Shown here: positions 1 through 12,693 of the stretch, one piece after another
Layout of the letters: each line of letters begins with the position of its first letter
Numbering within the stretch: position 1 is the stretch's first letter
Assembly: GCA_001179505.1 (NCBI GenBank)
Contig: CDMY01000271.1
Location: 76,803 to 140,802, forward strand
DNA from: Vitrella brassicaformis CCMP3155
Lineage: Eukaryota; Protista; Chromerida
Direction of reading: 5' to 3'
DNA: 64,000 bases
Made by a program: the position numbers and the translations under genes
Notes under the pieces: generated by a model
Told to the model about the DNA's origin: nothing
The model's input: the letters and a program-made list of their open reading frames with translations, nothing else
Database searches by the model: none

Positions 1-1774
1 CTGGACAAGAAGGCACCACAGGCGGGCCACCACGGCCAGCAGACCGCCGAGCAGGGTGAGGGTGACGAGGCCGACGACGACGCCACCCAGCATGAGGAGG
101 CCGACGGCCCTCCTGAAGGCGACGAGCTGAGACGCGCAAGCGACGACCAGACATACAATGGGACCATACAGGTGAGAGAGAGCGGGACTGGCGCATTGGG
201 ATCGTCTACGGCTCTGATATCCTGTGTACGTGTCTGTGTGTTCAGCTGTATCGGAGTGTGAACGGGATGCCACTGTTGTCGAGTGAGGCGCTGTCATGCG
301 GGCTGACGTCCCTGATGGGCGGCTTCCTCCGGAGAGAGGGCGAGCAGTACGGCATCACACTCAACAACACGCACAACAATACCACAATCGCACAAGCCAA
401 CCAGGATGACTCTCAGGGGTAGGGGAGGAGAGAACGAACGAACGAAAGAAAATATCGATATGATTGGATACAAGGAAACCAGGCCATCCGTCTGTGTGTG
501 GGATTTGTGCACAGTGGCATGCTTGGGGGCGTGGAGTGCGTGACGTTCACCATCGCAAAGAAGACAGACGACTGGACGCGGCTGCGAGTGGTGGGGTGCT
601 GGCCAACACAATACTACAAGGATTCGTCTGACACATTTGCACTCTGTGTGTGTGTGGTGTGTGTCGTGCGTCGTGTCGTCAGTTTGTGAATGTGAGCGGT
701 GCGTCGATGGAGTTCGGTTCGTTTCAGAAGTCTTTTGTCAAGGCATCCCACCACCTGGAGACGGCCGTGCTGCAGTGCACAAGGGCCATCTTCAAGGCAC
801 TCAGACACAAATGCCCCGACGCGTTCCAATGCGACGAGGAACGACGGGTGAGAACGCACACACAGATCCACCGACAAGAGGTGCCTGCAGGTGAGCATCG
901 CTCTCCTTCTTGGTGTCTCTTTGTGCAGTATGAGGCGGCCAGGACGATTTTCCTGCCCGTCATGTCCAGCAACCTGTGCGACATCGTATTCAGAAGTGAG
1001 CCAGACGCGCAAGGCACAGACGAGACATGAGCCCTGTGCTGCCTTGCCCTTCTTCTTGTTCAGGTCAGAATGGTGCGTTCCGCGATGAGGTGCTGTCGCT
1101 GTTGTCACTCGCAATGCAACGAATGGGTAAGTGAGATACGCTCTCCCTCTGGACCCACACGCCTCCTTGTGGTTCTCAGAGGCCTCGGCGCAGCTTGCAG
1201 ACGCCCCTGACGCCGCTGCGGGTGCTGCTGGTGATGGTGGTCCCCCCGACTCCCAAGCCACCATCCGCGTCGACTCGCAGCAGCATCAGGAGCATGAGGC
1301 ACCACCACCACCACCACCACCCCTCTCCCGCCCCCAGGCCGAATCCATCCTCACAGCCCTGCTGCAGAAACGGCTCGACCGACTCAGCGGCGGCCCCAAC
1401 GGCGCCAAGGCCAAGAGCAAAAAGAAGAAGAGGCGCAGGGCGGCGGGTGCTGGTGTGGCGGGTGGTGGTGTGAGGGCGAAGGCCAAGGCCAAGAGGGCGC
1501 CGGCACCGCGGGCTGCACGTGACATGGATGACACGCTGAGGGAGGAGGACGGTGGCCCGGAGGAGGGAGAGGGAGAGGGAGGCGAGGGGGAGGGGGAGGA
1601 CGAGCAGCAAGACGACGATGCCAACATGCAAGACACGTACGGACGCCTACCCCCGCAGCGTGGCCTGCAGCATCATGGGTGTGGTGTGTGAGAGTGTGTT
1701 TGTATTTTTGCAGGTATGATGAGGAGATGGGCGGTGGTGGCTCGCCGTACGAGGACCTCATCGAAGGGTGGTGA
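1..1774 (+). CDS. 3' part of a DNA topoisomerase VI subunit B-like protein (transducer domain; TOPOVIBL/MTOPVIB candidate); 5' end lies outside the window
   Basis: Spliced exons at about 1-171, 246-418, 515-590, 683-847, 929-995, 1064-1126, 1180-1636 and 1714-1774 join in frame. They give IQLYRSVNGMPLLSSEALSCGLT...YGITL, RLRVFVNVSGASMEFGSFQKSFV...VLQCTRAIFKALRHKCP and IFLPVMSSNLCDIVFRSQNGAFRDEVLSLL, which parallel the Topo VIB transducer motifs (RFANRxPLL; FVHxxSTKxPF). A basic patch (KSKKKKRRR) and an acidic tail follow. Confidence 0.6.
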
Positions 1775-1979
1775 CTGACTGACTGACTGATTCAACCATC
1801 CCAGCATGTGTATTTGTACGCGACTGACTGAGTGAGCGGATGAATGCGTGCATTGAGGACCATCATCGCATTAGTGACATGATCAAAGAGCGGCTGCACC
1901 GCGCACGTCTCAAAAATCGCGTCCTATTCACCCATCCACCACCACAACTGCCTCGACATTTGTCTGCCTGCCTGTGTGC

Positions 1980-2279
1980 NNNNNNNNNNNNNNNNNNNNN
2001 NNNNNNNNNNNNNNNNNNNNNNNNNNNNNNNNNNNNNNNNNNNNNNNNNNNNNNNNNNNNNNNNNNNNNNNNNNNNNNNNNNNNNNNNNNNNNNNNNNNN
2101 NNNNNNNNNNNNNNNNNNNNNNNNNNNNNNNNNNNNNNNNNNNNNNNNNNNNNNNNNNNNNNNNNNNNNNNNNNNNNNNNNNNNNNNNNNNNNNNNNNNN
2201 NNNNNNNNNNNNNNNNNNNNNNNNNNNNNNNNNNNNNNNNNNNNNNNNNNNNNNNNNNNNNNNNNNNNNNNNNNNNNNN
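1980..2279. other. Assembly gap (300 N) followed by a poly-C run
   Basis: Run of N seen directly. Confidence 1.
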
Positions 2280-2517
2280 CCCCCCCCCCCCCCCCAGCCC
2301 ACGAGAAAAGCGCATGAAGGCTCGTACATCAGAATGTATGTATCCACCCGTCGATAAATTTAAACACCTAGCTACCAGTGCATGCCACGCCACACGCCAT
2401 GCCATGCCGCCCCGTCTGTACAAGTATGCAGCACGCGCTGCATCCACCCATCCATCCATCCATCCCTCCATCCATCCGTTGAAAGCTACATATTCATTCA
2501 CCCACTCATCTGTCTAC

Positions 2518-4214
2518 CTACGCCTCCCCAGCTGACACTGGTTGTGTCTGCCTCTCGCTCGCCTTCTCTACTCGCGGCACCTCCTCCTTGCCGCCGCTGC
2601 TGCTGCTGCTACTGCTGGTGGTGGTGGTGTCAGCTGCCATCGTGGTTGCCTCAGGGGGCACCAGTGCCGCCCCGGCAGCGGCCCGCCCGTTGACAGAGAT
2701 GTCCCCCAGTATCTCATCGTCCTCTCGCGGCCGCCTGGATGCCCGCGGCGGCACTGCATGCGTCTGCGCGTCCTTGAGGAGGTCCTCCCAGCTCATGTTG
2801 AGTATGTCCGACACGTCCGGTGTGGGCAGCATGTTCTTGAGCTCCTCTGGTATGATGTCGTCGAGCTTGATGTCATACTCGATGGGGTTGCTCTTGAAGT
2901 ACTGCTTGAGGGACCAGCTGATGGCCGTGACCAAGACGTTGCTGGCAATCCAGTAGATGACCAGGGCACTCGGTACCGACAGGGCGAAGTAGCCGATGAG
3001 GAAGGGAAGGTACTTGAGCAGCTCCTGCACACGTTTCGACTGCTCGTCCTCGGCCGGTGGCGTCAGGATGGCCTGCGAGATGTACTGCGAGATGACATAG
3101 ATGACGGGGACGGTCAGGTAGAGCAGCGTTGCCTCCCATCCGAGCGGAGGATTGGAGCCGTCCCAGCCAGTGGTGAGCCAGTTGAGTGCCTGTGCGGGGT
3201 CGGCACCGAATGTGGGGCCCTCGAGGTTGGGGATCCAGAGGAAGCTCTCGCTGAGCTGGCCGTCCTTGGCGAGATTGGACAGGCTGCGATAGAGGCCCAG
3301 GAAAATGGGAATCTGCACGAAGGCCGGCAGGATGGAAGCCAGGGGGTTGACCTTGGCCTCCTGGTACAGCTGCGCCGTCAGGAGGGTCTGGATCTGCTGG
3401 TTCTTGCCGAAGCGCTTCTTGATCTCCTGCACCACCGGGTTGAGGGCCTGGATCTTCTGCGTGCCCTGCATCTGGTTCCACGTTATGGGGAAGACGAAGA
3501 TGCGGATCAGCACGGTGAAGACGATGATGGCCCAGCCGAACTGGGGAATGCCTGCACACAACACGCGACAGGCAGGAGAGTGAGAGGAGACATCGAGATA
3601 TCCCTGGAGCCGCCGTGCTTGCTTCCCCTATCCCCTGTGCACTTGCTGACCGAATTTGTCTTCCATGACGTGGTGCACTTGATAGATCATATTCTCCAGG
3701 AAGCTCACGTAGTTGTCCCACCATCCCGGCTCCTTGGCCACCTCCTCAGTGACGGTCTGGACTGCCTGTCCGACGGCCTCCCCTCCCTCCCCGGCAGCCT
3801 GGGCCACACCCTGCAGCACCTCCATGACGGGCCCGAACCCACCGGCTGACACGGGTGGCGACGGGATGAACGACAGGGCGGCGGGGAGGAGGGCTGACAG
3901 GGTGGTGGGATCCAGCATGCGCGGAGAGGGGCGAGACCGACGCAATGGTGGACGAGAGGCCTGCAACGACCGCACATAATGGTTTGCCATCAGGCCTCAC
4001 GGATCCTGTCGTGTCCATTCTACCTGCAGCCTGTTCACGGCGGTGAACGCTGAAGTCCTCGCGAAGCCAGCCTGAATACACCAGACAGCATGCACGGTCA
4101 TGCTCCTTCCGTGATCTCTGTGTGCATGAGGATGCTCTTGCTCACGGCATAGTGGTTGAGGCCGATGCAGAGAGCCAGCGCAGCGGCGAGCCACTGCCTC
4201 CGATGATACCTCAT
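2518..4214 (-). CDS. ALB3: Plastid thylakoid membrane insertase ALB3 (YidC/Oxa1/Alb3 family) with bipartite presequence
   Basis: Large exon 2518-3550 encodes WAIIVFTVLIRIFVFP, LYQEAKVNPLASILPAFVQIPIFLGLYR, ESFLWIPNL and PSALVIYWIASN. Spliced 5' exons give MRYHRRQWLAAALALCIGLNHYA|AGFARTSAFTAVNRLQ|ASRPPLRRSRPSPRM, a signal peptide plus a transit peptide with SAF. Confidence 0.95.
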
Positions 4215-4438
4215 CCTCTGAACACTGCTGTTGCGTAGTCAACGCCAGATCTGCGCAACGATCCCTCGAGCTTAGCTCGCAAGTCAAGCTTGCAAACTCA
4301 GTCTCGAACTTAAAACCCTTCCTGCAGTCACAACTGCAAGGTAAAGCTGCAGCAACGTGCATTCGCCTCCATTTGTTTCCTTTTATCTGCAGGTTTTTCG
4401 TTCATTCCATCACAAGTGTTGCAGTGTGACTCACAAGC

Positions 4439-7400
4439 ATGAGCAGCGGCGGTCCATCGTCGGGCCTTCGTGGCCCTGAGGGCGAGGGCGGGAGTGTGCG
4501 GATGGAGTTCGACGGCGATGACATCCCCCCCTTCGCCAACGAGAGCAACAAGCGGCTGGATGCGGCCATCAAGCAGAAGAAGGCGCGGCTGGTGGACATG
4601 GAGGAGCAGATCACGGAGGTCACCGAGAGGGTCCAGACCATGACCAGCCACCTCAAGAATGTGCAGCAGGAATGCCAGCACACACAGGCCCTCGTCGAGG
4701 CCAAGAACAAGGAGATAGAGACGGAGGAGCATATGACACATCTCGCCAAGAGGCAGGCCGCCCGTCTCGGTGCCGAGTTGAAGCGATTGGAGGGGCTCAT
4801 GGAAGAGTACCAGGTCAGCAAGACAGCCATGACAACGCATAGCATATGTATTGCTGCGGTATGATTGTCTTTTATCTTTCTATCTTTGTTGGTTGTGTGT
4901 GTCCACAGGACCGGATGAATACGAACCAGAATGAGATCTTCAAGGGCAACGAGAAGCTGGACCAGTTCAAACTGGAGATGAACTGGAACCAGGAAGAACT
5001 CGAGCAGTGGGCAGTCGCCGCTAGACAGAAAGAGGTCAGCAAGCATAGCATCTGTACCAAACACACCAGTGGGAGACACGAATGTTGTATCGATGCTTGA
5101 TGTCCTGGCGTGTGCAGGAGGACAATCTGACGATGGACAAGTACCACCGTGCAGACGAGCAGAAGATCCGCGACCTCAACCTGGCGGTGCAGAAACTCAC
5201 GGTCGGTGCGCCCGAATATAATACTGCAGCGGAGACACCAGTGAGTGACATATGAAGACGCTTGGCTTCCTGTCCTGTCTGTGTGTGCAGATGGAGGCCA
5301 GTGAGAAGAAGGACGAGTTGGAGAAGGAGGTGACGGAGACACAGGCAGCACAGATTGAGCTGGAACGCACTGCCGAGCAGTTCAAGAAGCTGCACATCGA
5401 CCGACACGCACTCATCAAACAATGGTCAGTCATGCAAGCATGGCAACCATCGATTCTCCCCTGACGCCGCGCTTGTTGTTGTGTGTGTCAGGGAGGATGC
5501 GGTGACGGCCATGCGGAAGCGAGACGAGGCAATCCGCCAGGCTGGGGAACACTATGCAGCCCTCCAGAATGACATCAAAGTGCAGCAGCAGAAGCTCGGT
5601 GAGGATATATCGGTGAAGCCGTCCACATCTCCCTGTGCATACATACATGTCTTGATTGGCCTGTCAGGCAAAGCCAAGGCGTTTTTGGCTCAGGAGCGAG
5701 CCACCAACGATCAAGTGGAGACAGAGATTGGCAACACCGACAGACAACTCGTAAGGCAAATTTCTGCACCAAGACGAGAGAGAGGAGAGAGGCGCTATTC
5801 TCACATGTATGTGACTCTGTCAGGCTAAGCTCCGTCTTGAGTACATGGATTCCAAGAATGGCCTCGTTGAGTTCAAAGACGAGGTAGGTCACAATACGCA
5901 GACACATCCGGAGCTCTTGTTTCCAGGTGCAATATCTCTCATCTGTATCAGGTGGAGGTCCTTCGCAATCAGCTGGCCGGCGCTGCGACAGAGCTGACGA
6001 ACCGCAAGAACAAGCTGGCCAGCGTCACTGAGACACTCGAAGAGAAGAAGAAAAAGTGGGGCGTGCTGCAGAAGAAGGTCGAGACCACAAACAAGAAACT
6101 GGAAAACGAAATCAAGACAGCCGCCGACAAAGAGTCATACGCCAGAGAGGTCAGCGAGCCAGTCAAACGCACCTGGCCGTACGGCTTGTACGCGTGTGTG
6201 CCCGTCGTGTCTCAGGCTGAGGCACTGCACGCGGAGATGGACTACCGAATGCTTGAAGCAGAGAAGGAGCTCAAGAAAGTCAAAGAAGAGCTCTTCAAAC
6301 AAAATTCGGTGAGCCCTTGAGTCGCAACCGATAAGTCAACACACTGACGTATGCTCTCCTCACCTCAGGAGCTGTATGCGCTCAGAAACGAAGAGGCCAC
6401 CACTCTGGGCGAAATTTCAGGCGCACAGTCGTCCCTCAAGACACTCTCAGTAATCCATTCATTCTGGCACACATCTGTCTGTTTGTTTGTCTCATTCAGT
6501 TCCAGATCCACAAGCTGGACCAGGAGCGGCAGCGTCAGCAGGAGTTGCTTTATGCCGTCGACTTCCAGTCGCAGCTCATGCAGCGCAAGGTCGCTAGGGT
6601 GTCGGGGGAGCGCACATTCGAGGAAAAGGAGGAACTCAACAAAAAGATCGACCAACTCGAAAAGGTACGTACATGGGCACGGACACTCTATTCCCGAGCA
6701 TCGCGTGACGTCTATTCTCTTGTTTGTGTGTTGCCAGCAATTGGAGGAGCAGGCGGGTCTCTGGCAGATCCTCAGCACACAAATCAAACGAGTTGACGCA
6801 GAACTCAGGTGCGTGTGGCTGCGATTGACCACAGAAAGAGTGCGTCTCATGAGATGCTTGTCTTCCTCCGTGCTGCTCAGGCAGAGTCGGCGTGACATCG
6901 CCGCCGTGACCAAAGACGGCGAGGGCCTCAAGACCGTCCTCGATGAGATGAACCTGGAGAGCAAGTCGCTCAAGAGGGCGTTGCAGAACGCCCAGAAGGA
7001 GAGGGCTGATCTGCTGGTCACACACGACCTCCTCAAGCTGGATGTCAACCGTCTCCGCGAGTCCCTCAACGCACAGTCGGAGGAAGTCTTCGCACTCGAA
7101 AACAAAAAGTTCCAGCTCCAAATGACGTAAGCATGGGCCGAGAATACGATTGGAGCGGGCAATATCTATCGTGTCTCTTCCTTAGCATGGAGGAGCGCGA
7201 GAAAAAGGTCGAAGTCCACCAGGAAATTCTCAGAGCACAACAGGTGACAGAGGCAGCAATACGTGATCCTTGACACGCAGTAACTCGCCCTTTTCTCTTT
7301 GTGTGTCAGTGTTCAGCTGAGGAGGAGAAGTCGAAGATCGCCAAGGAGCTGGGGGAGCGCCGCAGCAAGATCAACATCCTCAAGTCCAAGTACGAGTCGG

Positions 7401-8723
7401 TCATGGCGAGAATGAAAAAGGAGGAGGGCGAGGAACACTCACAGGCCTACTTCATCATCAAAGCCGCCCAGGAGCAGGAGGAGCTGCAGCGACAGGGAGA
7501 CGAGCTGGACGCACAGATACGGCGACAAGAGAAGGAAATCCGCGCCCTCGAGAACACCCTGGGACACCTCCTCGAGCGCAATCACAGATTCAAAGACAAC
7601 TTCAAAAAGGTCCCTCCCCAAGTGCCGTCAGTCATTCGTGCCAGCAAAGTGACCTCCCTCTCCCCCTTGTCGCTTCCAGGCGGACGCGGCGGTGCACGCT
7701 GAGGCGGACGAGAAGAAGCAGCTGGAGAAAGAGGTGCGTTCCGCCAACGAGCAGCTGTTCGAGAAGAAGCGGACATTGAATGAGATCGAGAAGGAGTACG
7801 ACGAGGACGAGAGGCGGCTGTATGAGCTCAAGAAACACAAGGAGAGAATACAGCTCACTCTGCAGGTAGGAGGGAGGGTGGGACACACATACATGCAGCC
7901 GTCACTTGTGGGTGCGATTCTGTGTCTGCCTGCAGGAGTTGAGTCACAGCAAGAATGTGCTCGAGAAGGAGTTGGCGGACCAGGAGGACAAGATCGACAG
8001 GGCATTCAAGTCCATGCAGCAGAGGAGAAGGGCAGCCAAGGAGGCTGGCAAAATGGTAGGTAGCAGAGTCAGCAGAAATGCCTTCCGTGGCACTGCGTCT
8101 CGTGTCTCCTGTCGTGATCTGCGCAGAGTGACGCGACTGAGCAAGCACACAGCTCCTTGGAGCTCGACGCTCAGGTACTTTTCTGCAGGTGTTGGTCGCG
8201 AGTGTGACTGACTGATATTCTTCTCAAACCTCTCTCACCGCTTGGCAGTCTGTCGTCCTCAAAGACCAGAACCAGGCCATTCTCCATGCTATCGCGTAAG
8301 AGACACGCACGCGGGGAGAGACTGCTCTGACAAGAAGAGCAGATTGTCGTTGTGCATATGTCTGTGCCCAGGACCTGCCTGCAAGAGCAGCCTGACACGC
8401 TGCACTTCGTCCAACAAATCGCGCAGCAGAGAGGCTTGCATCTTCCCTCAAGGGCGCCCTCCGCGACACCGTCACAAGGATCAGTCCGGTAGGCGTGACT
8501 CGCCACGGAAAGAGCACGGTGTGACATACATACCTTTCCTGCTGGCAAATGAACAATAAATAGGAATGGCGATCCTGGCCGAGGGGCGGCCAGACCTGGC
8601 TCCGCTGGGTGAGTTCTCAAAGTCCGACCGAAGATGGAGGAGGCCACATTCACGCCCGGGCTGCTGCTCTGTGTGTGTGTGTGTGTCTGCAGGAGCCAGG
8701 GTGCCATCAATGTTGGTGGATAA
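4439..8723 (+). CDS. CCDC39: Coiled-coil domain-containing protein 39 (axonemal 96-nm ruler subunit, FAP59)
   Basis: Multi-exon gene with IPPFANESNKRL, IFKGNEKLDQFKLEMNWNQEELEQWAVAARQKEEDNL, EEHSQAYFIIKAAQEQEELQRQGDELDAQIRRQEKEIRALENTL, all typical CCDC39 segments. The 3' end is approximate. Confidence 0.93.
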
Positions 8724-9163
8724 GCTACGGTAGTTTGCGTATTTTTGTTTGTTCAGCGTCTGTCGATAGGGTGGGCCAACGATTGCGTGCGCTGGCCCGT
8801 GGGTCGGGTGGCTGTCTGGTGCTGACTGACTGACCAACTGAGTTCCATTAAAATTGCCTCTCGCGTGTCCCTCCCATTCATTGTCTGTCTGCGGAAGCAC
8901 CAACCAAGCCGACATATGTACCGACTGAACTGACACGAACAAATAAACAGAAGTGTCAGTGAGTGATGCATCTCCGTGCAAAACACCACACCCATGTAGG
9001 ATGTGTGTGCAACCAACATACACAAAAAGACAACTACTTACTGGCAAGGCAAGATAATAAGGCATATAGCTGCCTTCCGAAAATCAGACAATTGATGGAT
9101 GACACAGATCGCATCGTATACCATCCTCACCCCCACCCCCCAAACCCCGAGCACCACTCGCCA

Positions 9164-9406
9164 TCAGACCTTTGGCGGCTGTGGGTCATTGTTGATGGGG
9201 GACTGCGTTCCCGTCTCAGTTGACGTGTCGCCGTTGTTCTCATCCACTGGGCCCTTCCCCTTCGGCAGCAGAAGCTCGTCAGGCATCTTGCAGTGACGCT
9301 CTCCGTACTCGAAGAGGTAAACCGTCATGCACAGGAGCCCCATCAAACAACACACTGTCGACGTCAGCGCCAGGCCACCAAACTGGGATGGCTGCAACAG
9401 CCATCG

Positions 9407-9445
<39 letters not shown>

Positions 9446-11656
9446 TGGAGGCGGCGAGGTTACCTTCTACATCTTCGTGTGAGCCTCACTCACTTTGTTC
9501 CAGATTGCGCACGCAATGGAGAGGATAAGCGATTGCGCGGCGATTAACGACTGCTCTTGGGCATTGATGAGTCCCCTCAGCCTCGGTGGTGTGCCCGTCT
9601 GCAGAATCTGGCTCTGTCCAATGTCGAAGGCATACAGACCGAGACGCGACATCACCACACACACGAGAAAACAGAGCCCCAGCCACGACTAACCCGACAC
9701 ACCACACACCCCATAAGTGAGAACCGCCCCTCGATGTGGCCCTGTGCGCCAACCTACCCGTATGGTGGGCATTGCGGAGAAGAAGATCATTGCCACAGTG
9801 AGGCTGGTCCCTTCGATCAGGAGACAGCCCCATGACGTTTTTGCCACGCCCCACATGCCAGACACCAAAGGGAACAGCAACGTGCCAGTAACACCTGCCA
9901 AACACCCAACACATACGTACACGTACAAGTAGCCATCGTGGCAACGGCCAATATGTCCAATTGCCCATACCCGCGATCGCCCCAGCGGATCTGGCGAGGC
10001 CGACCTCATCTTCCGGCAGCCCCTGGCTCCTCAGCCACGCCAGAAACATCGATGATGAACCCATCACGTTGAAATACAAAAGAACCACAGCTATCACGGG
10101 CAGCAACATCTGCACATTTAAGGGACACCACAGGAAGGGCACAGCACCATCGAGGGTCCTTGGTGTTTCATCTATCTATCAGGTCTCCTTTGCTAACCGG
10201 TGACCTCAGCAGCACCCGACAGTTGTTGCAGAGTCCGAACAGCGGCAGCCTGTGCATCCACCCCACCATGAAAAGGCAGCAGTTCCTCGACTGTGGCTCC
10301 TCCTCGACGTCGCGGGCTTCAGGAGAGCTTTCACCGTGCGCCTCAACATCGGCGGACCTACAGTGACACCACACACCAAAACACCATTCCTGCGCCGTAT
10401 TACGACTCTGTCTTCTTGCGTGCTCGTGGATTCTCTCACCTTTGCAGGAGGTGTTCCTTTTCGGAATAGACCCACCTGATGTCACAGCCAGAAGCCAATA
10501 CAGTACCATGCACCGTGCAATCGTTTTCTCCGTCGGTTACGGCCCACCCACCTGAGCAACAGATATTCGAGAATGAACGATCCGGCGTTGACACCGACGA
10601 CGGCCAGGTACGCCACAGACAGGTTCGTGAAGACCATAACCAGACCTGCCACCACTGGACACCCAATGTCGTTAATCTGAAGAGCGAGGGAAGAGCACGT
10701 GCTTGTTCACAGGCAGTCACCGAGTCACCGATTCCGCTCACCAGGTCCAGCCTTTGCATCCAGCTGTTGAGTCGCGTTAAGCTGGCCTGACGCTCTCGGC
10801 CTGGTAGAGACGTGAGTAGAGACAGACAGACACTGTCCCATCTCTTCATTCATGCGGATGGTCATTCCCTACCCTCCGTGTATGCCAGTGCCATCTGTGG
10901 AACCCAGTCGCGACACACGGCTATGCCACGCACAGTCGCAGCTACCTGCACCACAACAGTCCAGAAATAAGGACATATGCGCCACCGCTCCTTCCGCTGC
11001 GTGCCCGTACCTCCATCATGGCTGCTCCAGTGAACAGCAGAACCACGGCGCTCCATAACCTATCCACCCACACACACGCACGCTCTCATCAGACATCCCA
11101 CTGACGTTGTCGCCACCTCCTCCATTCCATACCACATCTTGACCAGCGGTTCCTTGGCGCATTCGAGTGCCTCTGCAATCGACTCTGGTCTGCTGGGTGG
11201 CGGGTGGGGGCCGTGAGGTCCGGGCGCGGCGACTGGTCCCTCACGCTGGAATAGCAGGAAGGAGAAGACAGCGTAGCTCGACATGACCGTTGCGAGGATC
11301 TCTGCGCCGATCGAGGCGGTCACGATGCTCAGCCTGGAAAGAGAGAAAGGCACACAGACATGCTTCGTCCACGAGAAAGCCCTGTTTCTGTTGTACCTGT
11401 TGTGGCGCACAATTGAATCGGCGAAGCACGGTGTCATCAACCTGAAGGCAGGCACACAGATGGACACCTACTCACTCAGCTCTGTGAGGGTTCTCACTGA
11501 CAGTTTGCCGATGTTTTGCGAGAAAGCATACAAGGCGACAACGAGTAGGCTCCCAGGGAAAAGGGCATACAACAGCAGGGGGATGGAAAACATCCACGTG
11601 CGGTCACCGAACCGCGTCAGAAAGTGGGAGATCAGCAACACAGTCTCTCCGGCCAT
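9164..11656 (-). CDS. Ferroportin (SLC40/IREG) family MFS metal transporter
   Basis: N-terminus LISHFLTRFGDRTWMFS, then RHNRLSIVTAS, YFNVMGSSSMFLAWLRSQG, ARSAGAIAGM..GT, MSRLGLYAFDIGQSQILQ and RGLINAQEQSL. These match the FPN1 motifs in the expected order. Confidence 0.88.
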
Positions 11657-11792
11657 TCTCAGAGATTAATGATATCCTTGGCCCTGCACCGCTGTCAGCG
11701 CCGAGGCCAGATCACCAAGGAATCAACACACATATAGACTTCGTTCCACAGCTGTCAGCTCGCAAGCGTCTGCGAGCTTAGCGCAACGAAGA

Positions 11793-12693
11793 GTGAGCGC
11801 GGGCGCTTCAGGTCAGGAGATGAAGGCGGCGCACAGAACAAGTAGCTATAGCTACATCGGTCGCAAGCTGGGCAGCTTTGCCAATCGAGTTGTGTATGCG
11901 CCGACTGCATCTGCTGATCTGGAGCGCAAGAAGGCCGAGGCGGAAGCTGACGTCGCCTGGTCCCCGGGGCAGGCAGACAAGACCAATGAGAGGTGCGCGC
12001 AGCATGGCATGAATGGCAGAGTCGAGTAACGAGAATCAAGCTGTGATGGACTGCACTCACCTTGTTGGATGTAGGTTTAGTCCATTGCGTGGAGGCGTCG
12101 CGTCGGCCGTGAAGAACACCTTGCCCCAGCGGAGCAATACGCCAGTGTCCAGTGTCTCGACATCAGATGGAGCGGTGAGTCTGGCAGAGCACTGACCATA
12201 ACGCATTGTCACTGGTTGCACTGTGTCTATCCTTTGTGTGTGTGTGTGCTGCAGTCGGTTGCATCTGATTCGGCCTCAACGGGACACATCCACGTCCACC
12301 AGCCCGACGGCAAGGCCATCCGCCTGCCTCAATCTGCCATCATAATGGAGCGCATGTGGGACGCGACGTACCTCAAGACCCCGGTGGTCGGCATCCTGGA
12401 CACGATCATGCAGTACTCCTTGCTGTTCGTGCCGAGGCCCGATAGGTGGTTTCGAGGCACCCGCTGCCCCTTTTTGGCCATGTGGACCTCCGAGTGCACC
12501 GCACCATGCGTTTTCCGTGGTCCGCAAACTACGGGCCGGTGGACGACAGTGATGGCGATGGACGAGTGTGCCGAGAGGATGGCCCGGTGAGTCAAAGCAG
12601 GGATGCAGACGCTCATCATGTCATTTCTTCACTCGTTCATCTGTGTCGTGTTATCACGTCAGGGTGAGGCCGCCGAACCCGTATGACTGGTGA
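11793..12693 (+). CDS. Hypothetical protein of about 200 aa, no family recognised
   Basis: In-frame exons at about 11793-11992, 12074-12173, 12255-12587 and 12663-12693 with canonical GT-AG sites and a coding-like codon pattern, ending ...ERMARVRPPNPYDW*. Confidence 0.55.

Noticed and set aside
1840-2535. Long ORFs spanning the first N gap, and likewise 14813-15814 over the second
   Set aside because: They stay open only because N codons translate as X, so there is no coding evidence
2542-3849. 435-aa plus-strand ORF, and similar long ORFs opposite real exons (e.g. 2873-3724, 6365-7162, 43555-44214)
   Set aside because: Antisense or alternate-frame shadows of GC-rich coding exons; the family motifs are in the other frame or strand
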